This document shows, in pieces, positions 12,280 through 24,944 of a DNA stretch of 64,000 bases. The notes under the pieces were generated by a model. That model did not search any database. It was not told the DNA's origin and saw nothing but the letters and a program-made list of their open reading frames with translations. Location: assembly GCA_024137785.1 (NCBI GenBank), contig JAHRHZ010000140.1, forward strand, positions 22,994,601 to 23,058,600, given 5' to 3'. This stretch comes from Ginglymostoma cirratum. Lineage: Eukaryota. The position numbers were made by a program, and so were the translations under genes. Positions within the stretch are counted from its first letter, which is position 1. Every line of letters begins with the position of its first letter.

Positions 12280-12870
12280 ATCCTGAGTCAACAGCAGCGT
12301 TGGAAAAACCCAGCAGGTCAGGCAGCATTGATGGAGAGAGAAGTGCAGTTAATGTTTCGAATCCAATAAGATCCAATCTTGAGATCTGTAAAGATGGAAA
12401 AGCCGTGGCCTTATACTTGACAGAAAGGAGATGAGCAGTCGGAGGTGTGTGTCTACAAAGGCAGTGGTAACGGTTGCGGAGAAGGGACCAATCTACTACG
12501 TAAGTGGCAATAGCAGAATAAAGGTTAGCTCTGCTGAAAGCAGAATGAGGGAAACGAGGCACTGGTGGTGTCTCTGAGAAACAAAATGGAATGATTGAGT
12601 TCACATTCTGAAGTTGGTGAACATAAAGCAGAGTGAAGAAGACTATCAAATGCCTAGGCTTGTCAGAAGTACAGTTGGTGTAAAGTGATATTGTTGAAAC
12701 ATATGACAGGTGGACAAACTGGGAGAACAGAATGGAGTCCTTGCAGCAAGCAGTGTGAGAGGAAGTGTCAAGGTAGTTGGTGGAGTTGCTGGGTTTGTAA
12801 TAAATATTAAATGACCGCCTGTCCCCAGAATGGAGACACGTATTGAGGAAGAGAAGGGTCAACAAATCCA
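12280..12870 (-). mobile_element. Penelope-like element remnant (RT C-terminal peptide plus terminal repeat)
   Basis: Peptide NIYYKPSNSTNYLDTSSHTACCKDSILFSQF resembles the PLE RT thumb motif (IYYKPT.SH.YLDY.SSHP..CK.SIPFSQF); tail with GAAACATTAACT at ~12347-12360. Confidence 0.75.
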
Positions 12871-13685
12871 GAAGAAATTTAAAAGAAGAAAAATATAATT
12901 TGTAAATGAAATCTACTGGTCTGACTTGTCTCGTATACTTGAAAATGGATCTCTAGTATGATAAGTATGTTCTTTTCAAAGTATGATTGATTGTTTTAAC
13001 TGGATCTGAACCAAATGAAGGTGAGAGAAGGCTGGAAGTGGGAATTAAAGTGGAACTTTTCTCGTTCCAGGCATGAGCAGGAAGCAGCAGCAACACAGTT
13101 CTATGTTAGCCCAGGATACTGCTGGGAGCTTGGCCTTCCAAGGGCTTGCTTCACTAATTCTTTAATGTTTTGAGTTTCTTGCTGCCAATTTATATCGTGA
13201 TTAATGACATTGAGCATTTGTTCTTGGAAGTTTTTCTTTTAACACCAATTATTGGAGACCTGCAAAGACAGTTGAAGTGTGATTTTTGAAATAGGCGCAT
13301 TGGTTCAAAAAGATTGTTGATAGAACGGTTGTCTTACATCGGAGTTCTTTCTATAAAAGAATAATCTCATTGAGGGATTGTGATGCCAAATCATTAAAAA
13401 CGCTAAGATTCCCCTGGTGTAAGTGTGCAATACCATGCACGTCACAAGCAGAAAGCTTGGAATCGCTTCATTTTAGTTTCTGACAATGTCCTGCAGGATA
13501 GATGCTGATTTCTTTTATGACAGTATAAAATGGTTGCATTGCAATTGTTGGAAGCTTCTTTATTGATTTGTCCTTTGGTTTTGCCTATGCCATTGCAGCA
13601 GCGGCATTGTAAATTTGAGCTACTTGTGGGTTATATAGAAAGCTTAGCTAATGCTTTTCACCAATCTTCTTTTGAATTTCTGCAG

Positions 13686-13865
13686 GGATGCGTTATAAAC
13701 GGCGTGGTGTGGATGAAAATGGGAACGTGGCAAATTACGTGGAGACAGAGCAGTTAATCCACGTCCACAGCCACACACTCTCATTTGTCCTTACCCGGGG
13801 ATCAGTACCAGTATTTTGGAGTCAGATTGGGTATCGATACAATCCTCGGCCACGTTTGGACAAAC
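13686..13865 (+). CDS. INPP5F: INPP5F coding exon (GMRYKRRGVDENGNVANYVETEQLI...RGSVPVFWSQIGYRYNPRPRLDK)
   Basis: cag|GG acceptor, C|gtaagt donor; Sac motifs RG..GNVANYVETEQ and RGSVPVFW. Confidence 0.97.
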
Positions 13866-14869
13866 GTAAGTGATGAAAGAGTATATTTACGCTTAAAGCG
13901 ATGAAGAATGGAACTGTCATGGAGCAGTAAAGGAACCCATTTATTTTATGAACTGGATCACAGAATGAGTAACGTAAGCCCCGTATGACATGAAGGGAAT
14001 GATTGCAATGGATGTAAAACCAAACTTGTGTGTCACCTTTTTATTGGCTGTCAGTTTTAATTATTCTGTGTGTTTCATTGTCTGTGTTGGGCTTGTTGGC
14101 TCCCCAGTCCTTTTTTATTCAGCTAATTGTTCGTTCGGAATAAAAGACATCGTCAGCTGCCTTAGGTTCACCAGACTAGTGTTTGATGAATTTATCTGGT
14201 GTGAATGTTTAATGCTTTGTAATTAATACTTGACAACACAAAAGGAAATGGAAAGATAACTTTGATCTCTGAACTTGCATCTTCCAACTGGCTGTCACTG
14301 AAGAACGTGCTGTAATGTATTGACGGGGCAACTTGGAGCAGGTCATTCATTTCCGCCATTCTGTACCACTGTAACGCTTTTATATAAACAAGTCATTCCA
14401 ATCATGTTCCAAAACCCTTCCCACGTTCTGTCAAACACTTCCGACTTCTACCAAACCAACTGGGGTGGGGGTTGGGGGGGGGGGAGGTGGGGAAAGGTGG
14501 TGAAAGCTTGTCTTTGTATGCAGGTAGAATGTCACAGCTCCATCTGTCCAAAAACTGGAGTTGTCTCGATGTTCTAGTCTTCATCCAGTAAGACACTCAA
14601 ATCAGTAACTTGGCTGGATAATTTGGCAAACAGTCTGCAGTGGCGTACCGTGGACAGTTTGTTGACTTTGCACTCTGCACTCTGCTCTATCCCATGCTGC
14701 ATGTCACCCTTGACTTGGACCGCACCCAGCTTCAGCTGAATGGCTCACAGCCCTCAACACCTGACCTGGAATTTCACAGTATTAGGAATCCGACATGGAT
14801 TCGGTCCTGAGGCTGCTAGATTTGAGTTACTGGTTCTGTAATTGACAAACGCGGGAGGTGTCAAGCTTT

Positions 14870-15185
14870 GAAACCAGTAACATAGAGATGTATCCAGTGT
14901 TTAGGCCCTGTTGACATTTAGGCAATAGCACTGAAGACTTGTGCTTCGTAACTTCATGTGCCCTTACCCAAGCAGTTTCAGTACAGCTACTGGCAATGTG
15001 GGAAGATTGTCCAAGTATGTCATGTATACAAAAACAGAGCAAATCCAACCAACTGTCACCCCATCAGTACACTGTGGATCATCACTCAATTGGTGGAAGG
15101 AGTCAATAAGTCGCCATTGGCTCCTGACCTCATTCCAGCTTTGGTTCAAACATAGACAAAAAAGCTGAAATCCGGAAGTGAACTA
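14870..15185 (+). mobile_element. CR1/L2-superfamily LINE RT fragment (5' piece; resumes at ~16101)
   Basis: Peptides NPTNCHPISTLWII and APDLIPALVQT. Confidence 0.7.
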
Positions 15186-16100
15186 AGTTTGCAGATGACG
15201 CAAAGATTGGTGGAGTTGCAGATTAGCACCGACGATTGTGAAAGGATACAACAAGATCTCGATAAATAGGTGACTTGGGCACAGAAGTGGCAGACTGAGT
15301 TTAATCCAGACAAATGTGAGGTGAAGCATTTTAGAGGATTGAATTTAGGTGTGAACTATACTGTAAATGGCAGAACCCTTAGGCACGTTAACATACACAT
15401 CTGGGCGTGCAGGTTGACAGTTCCCTAAAAGTAGCAACACAGGTGGCCAAGCTTATTAAGAAGACACATAGCGTGCTTGCCTTCATCAGCCGGGGCATGG
15501 AATACAAGAGTTGACAAATCGTGTTGCAGCTATATAAAACCCTTGTTCAGCCCACATTTGGTGTATCGTGTGCAGTTTTTGTCGTGGAAGGACATGGAAG
15601 TTTTGGAGAGAGTGCAGAGAAGTTTCACCAGGATATTGCCTGGTCTCGAGGGAATTAGCTATGAGGAAAGGTTAAAAACATGAGGATTGCTTTCACTGGA
15701 AGTATGCTGGCTGAGAGGAGACCTGATAGAGGTGTATAAAATTGAGCAGCATAGATAGGGTGGATAGTCAGAGGCTTTTTGCCAGGGTTGAAGTTTCAAT
15801 TACTAGGGGGCCCAGGTTCAAGGTGAGAGGGCAAATGTTTAAGGGAAATTTGCAACAAAAGTTTCACTCAGAGTATGGTAGGGGCCTGGAATGCACCGGC
15901 AGAAAAGATGGTGGAAGCAGGCACGTTGGTGACATTTAAGAGGCATTTGGATGGTTACGTGAATAGGGAGGGAATGGAGGAATACGGACCAAATAAGGGC
16001 AGAAAGTTTAATTTTTAGAATAGTTTGGGCATGATTGGCACAGGCTTGGAGCACTGAAAGGGCCTGTTTCTGTGTTGTACTTCTCTTTTGTTCTTTGTTC
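15186..16100 (+). mobile_element. CR1 LINE, 5'-truncated, nested in another LINE
   Basis: Begins at KFADDAKIGGV; LERVQRSFTRILPGLEGISYEERL; ends ttgttctttgttct. Confidence 0.9.
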
Positions 16101-17055
16101 TTGGAGTTACTCGGTGTCCTTGCATCTTTAGCTGCTTATCGATAACCTTCCCTCCATCATTGGCTCAGAAGTGGGAATGTGCGATCCTCGGCGAACAATG
16201 TTCAGCACCATTCATTGCTTCGGTTACTGAAGCAGTCAGTTTTCAATTGCAGTAAGACCTTGACAATATTCAAGCTTGGGCTGACAAGTGGCAAGTAACA
16301 TTCATCCCCCACGTGTGCTAGGCAATGACCATCAATGAGAGACATTCGAACCATTGTCGCTTGACCATTGACATATTTCCGTAACTGAATTCCCCCACTG
16401 CACCCGCCTACCCCTGCTTGCTCAGCATCTTGGAGGCTACCTTTCGGCAGCAACTCTACTGCATTAGCCACATAAATACAGTGGCTACAAGAGCAGGTTA
16501 GTGACTGGGCAACCTGTTGTAGGTAACTCTTCACCAGACTGCCCAAAGCCTGTCCATCATTAACAAGGTACAGGTCAGGGGTATGATGGAGTAATCCCCA
16601 CTTGTCTGGATGAGTGCAGCTCCAACAACATTCAAGAAGTTTCATACCGTCCAGGACACAACAACCAGGTTGTTTGACATCACCATCCACAAGCATCTGG
16701 TGACTCCACTCAGTAGCAGCAGTGCATACCATCTACAAGTTGTAGCAGAAGTTCATGGTGCCTTAGACAGCCGCTTGCAAGTTCACAACCACTTCTGTCT
16801 TCAAGGACAAGGGCAGCAGATACATGGGAACACCACCCCATGCAAATTCCCCTCCAAGCTGCTCAAAATCCTGACTTGGAAATATATCGCGGTTTCTTCA
16901 GTGTCATGGGTCAAAATCATGGAACTGTGTTCCTAGCAGCACTGCTGCACCACCAGAAGGCAGCTCACCATCTGCTTCTTGAAGGCAGTTTGGGATTAGC
17001 GTTAAATACTGGCCTAGTCAGTGGTGTCCATATCCCCTTAATCAATGCGAAAAAA
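16101..17055 (+). mobile_element. CR1/L2-superfamily LINE 3' part
   Basis: Peptide WMSAAPTTFKKFHTVQD; A-tail at ~17050. Confidence 0.8.
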
Positions 17056-17079
17056 CATATGTGCAATCTGTTTCTTCAG

Positions 17080-17300
17080 CGATCCTGATTGAGTGGTTAA
17101 CTTTGATCAGTGCTCCGGACGTAACTCCCTTATTCTTCATTGTAGAGCCAAGTGGTATTTTTTTCACATTGACCTAGGGATGTGCATTTGTTTTAATCCA
17201 AATGCCAGCATGTCTGTCACTGCAACCCGTGCCACTGCATTGGAAAGTCAGGTGCTCTGCTTCTTAAGTGGAATTTTCTGATAGATGCGAGATTGTCCCT
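17080..17300 (-). mobile_element. Deu-domain SINE, degenerate
   Basis: Reverse-complement similarity to the Deu core (aactcccttattcttca..., cactgcattggaaagtcag). Confidence 0.45.
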
Positions 17301-19660
17301 GATTGAGAAATGAATGATCTAACCTTGAAAACAGTTTTTGCCTCCGTAATTAAACCTGAATGTCACTCGCGCCTCTGTGAGTGGGTCTATATTAAGTCTT
17401 TCCCTTTGGTTCTAAATGTCTTTTGCTTTCCACCTTGTACTTATGACCCTGGTTTTATCAGCTCCTTGACAATTGAACAGCTGACCATCATTTACTCTGC
17501 ATCATCCTATCAAATCTCCTCAGAATCTGATCTCTAATGAAGAAAAACCCAATTTTCCAAGTCTTTCGCATTTATATTTACTTATACCAGGAAGCATCTG
17601 TGCAAAATTACATTGTCTCTTTTCTAAAAGCTCAGCCTTTCTATAATGCGGTTGACAGTTTTGCACTTTGTACTCTGAACTGAGATATTGCTCAAGTTTT
17701 TATATGAGCCTGCTATTACTTTGCTTTTTATATTTTTAACCTCTGTGTAGAATTCCATTGGTGCTTTGTTGGCATCTTAAGTAACCTGTGACCTTGAATA
17801 TTCTATGACATACTTCCATCCAGAATATTATAATTCTTTTTTGTTTATCTGATGTGTACCACCGTTAATTGACACTGCTGGCTTTTAGCCTATTTTGTCC
17901 ATCTCTTTCTATAGCTTTCTTTGGTATTCTGAACCAATATTGTCACCTAACCTCTCTGAAAGTACAGCCCTTAACTCCTGTCTGGTTTCCATCGAGACAA
18001 TTATCATATGCTGTTTGTTCTTCAACTCATGTTGCATTGATTAAAGACAGCACATGAAAGGTAACTATTGGAAACTGCTCTGAATCTAATATACCTCACA
18101 TGCCTCCATCCATTGTCCATTGTTTGTCTCCTCAGCTAGTTGCATGACTTTGACCTTTCAGTGTGCACTGATATCGCTGTTCCCCTGCGCTCCCTGAGCC
18201 TTTCTCCAAAGCGATCTTTCTTAAACAACTGCAGAGTTTGTGAATATTTCTTCAATCCTTCCACCTGTTTTGCTGATGTCTCACTTCAGCCAAGCTATTT
18301 CATTTAGTACGTCTAGCTGGTTAACCAAATACCCCGGAGGAAGTATTCTTTTGAATTTGGTAGTATTACAGCAGCTGGTTTGGCATCGTTAGCGTTATAC
18401 GGCTTGAGTATTGCTCACTTCTCATGGAAAACCTGTCAGCTTTGAGACTCCAGAGTCACATATTGGCAATGGAGCGAAAAGCCCAGCACGTGTAAATGAG
18501 ATGAGGTAGTTATCCTTCAAATCTTTAGCCATCAAACCACAACTGGAGTTAATGCATTGAGAGATCCTGTAGTTTCATCCTGTACTGTGCAGTTCTGTAA
18601 CAAAAAGTCAGGTCTCAAGTGCTAATAAGTATTAGCCAATTTATTTTAAGGCTGAGATGGGTGGCCCAATGAGGCATAAAAACCTTTTGCAGAATTTGGT
18701 TTCAGCTGCTTCAAAGAAAACATTAAACATTTTTTTATCTTCTGAACGAATTGTGGTACAGGACATAAGGGAGCAGTAACAGAAGGCTAGTCCTGTAGAA
18801 AGCTGCTGCTATATGACAGGCCACTGCCTCCTTTGCTGTTCCCATTGTTTGCCCGTGTGGTTCGACCAGCTGTTGGGACGTGTATAGAGTCAGGACAGAC
18901 GGAGCTGTCAGCTGCTGAAATGTGCAACGGAGCAACTCCTAACTGAGCAGTGACAGAACTCTCTATATTAATATTAAAATCTCATTTACCTACAGCTTGG
19001 ATACACAAACTTTGGTGAGAGAAGAGATTGCAACTGAGAATGTAACACTTGTCTATTTGCAAATTGTGTTGCGCTCCACTTACTTTGTTGTCATAGCTAT
19101 TAGAATGCTGATTAATTGAAGTCCTGTCTTAAACCTGTTCAAATTGGGGATGCTCAAAAAAAAAATTGTCTATTTACACAGGCACACATGTATGTGTAAC
19201 GTCAATGCAGAGCAATGTGTTTTTGGAGCCATTTCACTGCTTTCTTTACAGAAGTCACTCTGTAACTCGGCAGTAAACTGGTGTTCATCGCTTCCTCTTA
19301 AGGTCTGAGCCTGTTTTGGAAACCGAGGGGTCAGGTAATCTATCCCATCCGTGCTGCTGCTGCTTTTCCCTCCCCAACCCCATCAAAAACACAGGTATTG
19401 CAGGCTCATTGCTTGAGGAATAACTGCTGCTCAGGATGCAAACCTGTGACAATGCTGACCATAGGCTACCAGAGTGAGCAGGTAATTGAAATAACCCTGT
19501 CTAATTGGTACCTGATCCAGCACAGACATGGGATAGAAGCTTGGGGCTATCCTTCCAAACATATGTTTCCGCCCAAGAATCGATGTTTGTTTAGTTGGTA
19601 ATGTCGGTGCAGAAGTTGATTTCTTGCAAATCTTGCTGGATTCCCATTCTTGTTTGTAGA

Positions 19661-19966
19661 TCATAGAATCCCTACAGTGTGGAAACAACAAGTCCACACC
19701 AACGCTCAGAGCATCCCACCCAGACCCATCCCTCTATAACCCTCCTAATCCACACATCCCTGAACACTACGGGTAATTTAGCATGGTCAATCCACTTAGC
19801 CTGCACGTCTTTGGACTGTGGGAGGAAACCGGAGCACCTGGAGGAAACCCACGCAGACACGGGGAGAACGTGCAAACTCCACACAGATAGTCACCCGAGG
19901 GTGGGATCGAACCCGAGTCCCTGGTGCTGAGAGGCAGCAGTGCTAACCACTGAGCCATCGTGCTGT
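19661..19966 (-). mobile_element. HE1-type V-SINE (tRNA-derived)
   Basis: On - strand: A box TGGCTCAGTGG, B box GGTTCGATCCC, V domain tgtgtggagtttgcacgttctccccgtgtctgcgtgggtttcctcc, CR1-like tail gggattctatga. Confidence 0.92.
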
Positions 19967-20050
19967 CTTGGGTGAGCTGGTGCCTTTCACTTTTTGAATT
20001 CTCTTAGTGAATGTTTTTGTTTGTGACATGAAATGGTTTGATTTGTGCAG

Positions 20051-20118
20051 CTGAGGAGGAGACGACCAGTACGTTTGCCGCGCACTTTGAAGAGCAGCTG
20101 AAAATCTATGAAAAGCAG
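20051..20118 (+). CDS. INPP5F: INPP5F coding exon (PEEETTSTFAAHFEEQLKIYEKQ)
   Basis: cag|CT acceptor, CAG|gtgag donor; phases fit both neighbours; HFEEQL..Y..Q matches INPP5F. Confidence 0.93.
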
Positions 20119-22051
20119 GTGAGCTGGTTGCTTTTTGATGGAGCTACTAGACTTTTTGTCCGTTTTCCAGTTGTGTACTGAACTACTGATTGAAAAGCTG
20201 CTCGGTGTTTTGGCTGCATGCGGTTTGTTGCTTTTCACCGCTTGTGTTTTAGTATGTGTATTCAACTGACTGACCTGTAGTTGTTGGTCACTCTTTGCGC
20301 TTTTTTTTACGAACGAGTGTAATGTGCAATTCTCCAGTCCTCTGGCCTGCATGGAGTCCAAGGACCTTTTTTTTTTAAAATAATACGTTATGGCCATCTT
20401 CCATAATTTCCACTGTTGCCTTCCTCCGTATTCTTGGTACATCTCCATCTGGTGTTTTAAGGTGGCAAATGATGTTTTGTCCTTTGTTGTGAGAGTGTTT
20501 AGAGTTTAAAAGTAGGGAAATCTCCTCCTATTTATGTTCTTATCAAATTCGAGTGCAGTCTATCCAATACCAACATCTAATTTTACTCCTTTCAGGGTGT
20601 CTGAACAACTCCACGATCTGAGCAGCTGCATCTTAGTAACGACAGATACAAAGTATTCAATTAATAACTCTGTCATGTCCCAGTTTTTGTGCAAAACACC
20701 TTTTTAATATTCATGATTTTATTTTTAGATGCGCTTTAAACAACAGTATCTCTACAAAGCACCCTTAAGCACTTGTTTTCGGATCCTACAACAATTATTG
20801 CAACATAACTGCAGATATCTCCCAATTTGATTTTCAGTGTCTTTAGAGTCATATGCAAATAACATTCACTCTCCCACTCCAACCTGTCATTTTCCTGTCA
20901 GGGAAGCAAGCAAGTATCCTGCCTGTTCTGAGTGACATATCGATTAATATTAGATTCAGTATTCGTTACATCCAGAGTTGCTGAGAGAAACTTGTGCTCA
21001 GGTATTTAAAAGTCAAACATGTTGAAGCACTGACAAGTCTTCCATATACATGTTCGTAAACAAATGTATGCAGCCCATGGAGTATACAAGTCAGATTTTT
21101 TTCTTTACGGTCACCTGCATCAGCCACGTTCACGGTTTGATTAGAATTAGTTGCTTGGCTGTTTCTCTTTATTTCACAATTAACCACAGATGTAGGTTGT
21201 TAGTATCCTGGGTAGTGCACGCGCACATGTACTATTTAATTGACATTTTATGTTTGTCACCCTTTTTGTTAATGGTACCATGTTTCACATAACTTCAGCT
21301 GATCATAATATTTGTTTATTATTCCCAACATGCCAGTTTATGGTCTGTCTTTTGTAAATAAATCAGAACAAATATTCCATTGCTTCTATAAGCACCTGCA
21401 TTTAACATTGTCTTGACCTAAAGCCACTGAATTATAGAAGGACAAATCCTCTATCCAGTATCGGATGAGCAGGCAGGGAATAGAGGGATGTGGACCATGT
21501 ACAAGTAGGTGGGATTAGTTTAAGATTGCATCGTTGTCAGCACAGACATAGTGGGCTGAAGGACCTGTGCTGTAATGTTCTGTATTTGACAGACAAATGT
21601 TAGGATCACGAAGTAAATTACCATTGCAGGTCATCATGCGGGAACTATTTTATTCGGAGAGGTCTTGGATGGTTAGCCTTATTCTGATTGTTTTAATTTT
21701 GTTGCGCTCCTGTTATGTTTGTATGCTGTAAGCAGCACGCAGTCTCTCAGCCTTTCTGAACAGGCTTTAGGCTTATGTCATGTCCCAAGGCGTTCCATGG
21801 GAGGGATTTATGAAACAAAGTTGGAGACAGACTCCCAAAGAGATGTTCTGGCAGTTGATTCCAGATTACCACAGGGTGATTTTAGTAACTTACTGGAGGA
21901 GGAGGGGACTTAAAGAGAGTTTTCTGCCCCTTCAGGCCCTGCTGATCTTTGCGCAGACTTGCATGCGATTTGGTCTTTGTGGGAATGAGCTTTAATTAAT
22001 TTTGCGAATATTGTATTGCATTCAATTCCTGTTTCTGCTTCATCTTGGTAG

Positions 22052-22176
22052 GTTATTGTCAGCCTAGTAGATCAGACTGGAAGAGAGAAAATAATTGGAG
22101 ATGCCTTTCTTCGACAAGTTTTGTTGTACAATAACCCAAGCCTTACCTATGTGACTTTTGACTTCCATGAGCATTG
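22052..22176 (+). CDS. INPP5F: INPP5F coding exon (VIVSLVDQTGREKIIGDAFLRQVLLYNNPSLTYVTFDFHEH)
   Basis: tag|GTT acceptor, TG|gtaag donor; Sac FDFH motif. Confidence 0.95.
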
Positions 22177-23544
22177 GTAAGAAGCAAGGATGATAATTGG
22201 AACACCCAGAACATATTTGTGTAAAGACTTTCAATGTTGATTCAAATACAACTCGTGACAAGGCCGGTGTTCGAGCAGTTCACTTGTTACTCTGCGTGGT
22301 GCGATCGGAGTCTCACTTATGTCAGTTTTATTTTTCCTCCCTTCATCCCATGAAAGTAAATCTGACTTAGATGATTTCAAATCTCTCCTCTTGCCTATGT
22401 GGTTGACATACTAGCTATTTCTCCTTTCCGGTCAGAATATCCAGTCTCTTGGCTTCTCTGTGCTCTGAAATACTTGGGCTTTCTTTGAATTGATATCCCT
22501 ACTATTTAGGGAACGTTACCTCTTGGTATAATGTGAAAACAACAAATTTTATTTCTGCTTTTAAAAAGAAACTTTCCATTTATCAGAACAAAAATGAGAG
22601 ATTTCTTCCTAATGTCTCATGCTGCACATGGTTGCCTGATTACTCCTTGATTGTGCATTAGCTGCAGAGCCCTAAAATCCAGTTTGGGAGTGGTGGCGAT
22701 GGAAAGAAGTGTCTCGTACCTTTCGGTAGTCATTTATAATAGGAAAAGTGATTTGTGCACCTCTGTGATCCTTAAATATTACAGACCATTTTCCATCTCA
22801 ACATTAGAATAAGTAAATATCCAGGAGCAATAAGCTGTTCTGGATGACAGTGAGAGTCATCCTATTGGTCTTAATTTCAAAATGCAAATAGAAATGTAAT
22901 TTTTGATTAGCAGTCACCCAGGATTTAGTCTCAATATTTTTAATATGTGGCAACTGTTTATAGTGGGGGGAGAGAGTTAGTGATTGGTGATATAATGTGA
23001 AACATTTGGCTGCTGGTGTCTAAGAAATTTGTAAACCTGTGCCTCTTAAATGACCACAAAATGAAGAACTAGATTTGCCAGGAGCTGGATTGCATTTATC
23101 AGTCATGCTCACGTGGCAGAGCACTGCGTTTTATAGTGATGAGAAAATACAGTGCAGACTAGAACTGTAATCTATTCTGCATTTAACATCAAACTTGACC
23201 TTCTGTTTTCGTAGCACTGTTGTGGTATTAGCTTGTCTATTCAGGACAGCTACGCTAAAAACTCGTGACCAGGGGGATAAAAGCTACAATTGACTCTTTA
23301 AGCATATTCTGTCATTTCTGCAAGGCCAGAGAAGCTGGTTGTTTCATTGAACTGGCCCCAAAGTGTATTGAAAAATAGTTACAGCTGTTTGTGTATGTTG
23401 ACTATCTCAAACAAGCTTGTCCTTGAATTTACACATCTTCCACTTCTGCGATAGATTGTATTTAACTGTTCACCTTTCTTTATCTCTGAATTTTGAGTGC
23501 TCCCTCCCTGGTTGCATTATTCATGTATTCATTATTTGGTGTAT

Positions 23545-23860
23545 TGCTGGAAAAGGGGGCATGCTGCTAAGTCTTTTTATCTTGCACCCGTCAGGACAGA
23601 ATCCCAAGAATACCAGATATCCCAGGGAAGAATCCAAACTACATGAGCAAAGGGTGCTAATTGGTTGGCAAATGTACTCTAATTTACATATTAAGTACTG
23701 CCCCAACAAAAACCAAACCGCGCACGTCTACCAATTGATCAGGACATTGCCATGAACATACCAGACAGTGGCTCCTCACAGGTTTTCTCTGATAGATGTT
23801 TGTCCATTCTTCAGTTTGTGAAAGATGAATCCCTACTCAAGAATATAGATTCAAGCGAGC
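23545..23860 (-). repeat. Interspersed repeat, same family as 36900-37160 (possible hammerhead-bearing element)
   Basis: Reverse complement of 23571-23684 resembles 36995-37115 by eye. Confidence 0.55.
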
Positions 23861-23914
23861 GTAAACAATCCTGACTATATTTAATCTGAGCCCGTTCAAT
23901 CACTGAATCATATG

Positions 23915-24140
23915 TAATCGTAGGATTTTACAGTACAGAAGGAGGCCATTTGATCCATTGTCTGCATTGACACCTGGAAAGGGCGAACTAGCTAGTCCCT
24001 TTCTGTAGCCGTCTAAGTTGATCACTTTCAAATATATACCCAGCTGTCTTTTGAAGCCTTCTATGGAATTTGCCTCCACCACTCTCCCAGGCAGCATACT
24101 CCAAATCCTGACAACTGAGCAAAGAAGTTTCTGCTGTTTG
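23915..24140 (-). mobile_element. CR1 LINE 3' end
   Basis: Minus ORF MLPGRVVEANSIEGFKRQLGIYL is the CR1 ORF2 end, followed by a CR1 tail. Confidence 0.8.
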
Positions 24141-24184
24141 CAAGCATCACTAGTTGAGAATGTTTAATAATTTGCATGTTGCAA

Positions 24185-24503
24185 ATGGTGACAGGTGAGT
24201 GCAGGTAGGCAGTGGTGGGAATTGGCCTATTGCCATCCCACCTACCTTCCCCAGGTCCTCCCTATCCCCGCCTCCTTGGCCTGGCCGTCTTCCCTCCCAC
24301 CTGTCCGGTCCTCCCACCTCACTGACCAATCCCCACCACCACCTACCTACCTGCACTCATCTATCACCATCCCACCTACCTTCCCCAGCCTGACCCCCAC
24401 CCCACCCCACCCCCCACTTCCCCTCCCCCATTTCTGAAGAAGGTTCTCGACCCGAAATGTCAGCTTTCCTGCTCCTCTGCTGCCTGGCCTGCTGTGTTAT
24501 CTC
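24185..24503 (+). mobile_element. Penelope-derived repeat with 5' inverted segment, C-rich tract and hammerhead motif
   Basis: 24185-24225 is an inverted copy of 24326-24370; CTGAAGA-A-GGTTC-TC-GACCC-GAAAT-GTC at 24434-24461. Confidence 0.75.
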
Positions 24504-24866
24504 ATTTCACTGTTCCTTTTACCTCATTGGAACTGAATTTTTCTTTTGGGATTACTTCACATCCTTGTTACTTCTATTTAGCCAATCTGTTGGGGGTTTG
24601 TTGCTGCCCTTTAATGGGGCAAGCAGAGGGGACGGAACAGATAGGTGCAGGTTGAGCTCAGAGAAAATGACAGGCAGCCAGAGGGTCAAGTGACAGCTGG
24701 TAGTGTGATAAGTGTACCTTTTGGTAGTCTTCCGATTAACCACGTTCGTTTTCTCAGTTCTCAAAAATGCTATTTTTAGCAATCAGTTGAATCATGTATG
24801 TTCGTATTTACAAATGGTTTGATTGAAATATTTAAAAACTGAAGTGGTTGTTTGCTTACTTTCAAG

Positions 24867-24944
24867 TCGAGGAATGAAGTTTGAAAACGTGCAGACTTTG
24901 ACGGATGCTATCTCTGATATCATCACAGACATGAAGTGGGGCTG
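24867..24944 (+). CDS. INPP5F: INPP5F coding exon (CRGMKFENVQTLTDAISDIITDMKWGW)
   Basis: aag|T acceptor, TG|gttagt donor; phase 2/2 fits neighbours. Confidence 0.94.

Noticed and set aside
12278-12865. 195-aa minus-strand ORF as a novel gene
   Set aside because: It runs through a decayed Penelope remnant; only a short stretch resembles RT and the rest is non-coding tail
14640-14810. GC-richer open stretch as a processed-pseudogene fragment
   Set aside because: The translation matches no protein I recognise; no splice or poly(A) hallmarks
16202-16732. 176-aa minus-strand ORF
   Set aside because: Antisense reading of a LINE fragment
19880-19966. tRNA gene (A and B boxes present)
   Set aside because: It is the tRNA-derived head of an HE1 SINE, continuous with the V domain; the same applies to the other SINE heads
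24864-24866. AAG acceptors (also 44634-44636 and MCMBP 61845-61847) as non-canonical splicing
   Set aside because: AAG is an uncommon but normal U2 acceptor; the exons join in frame
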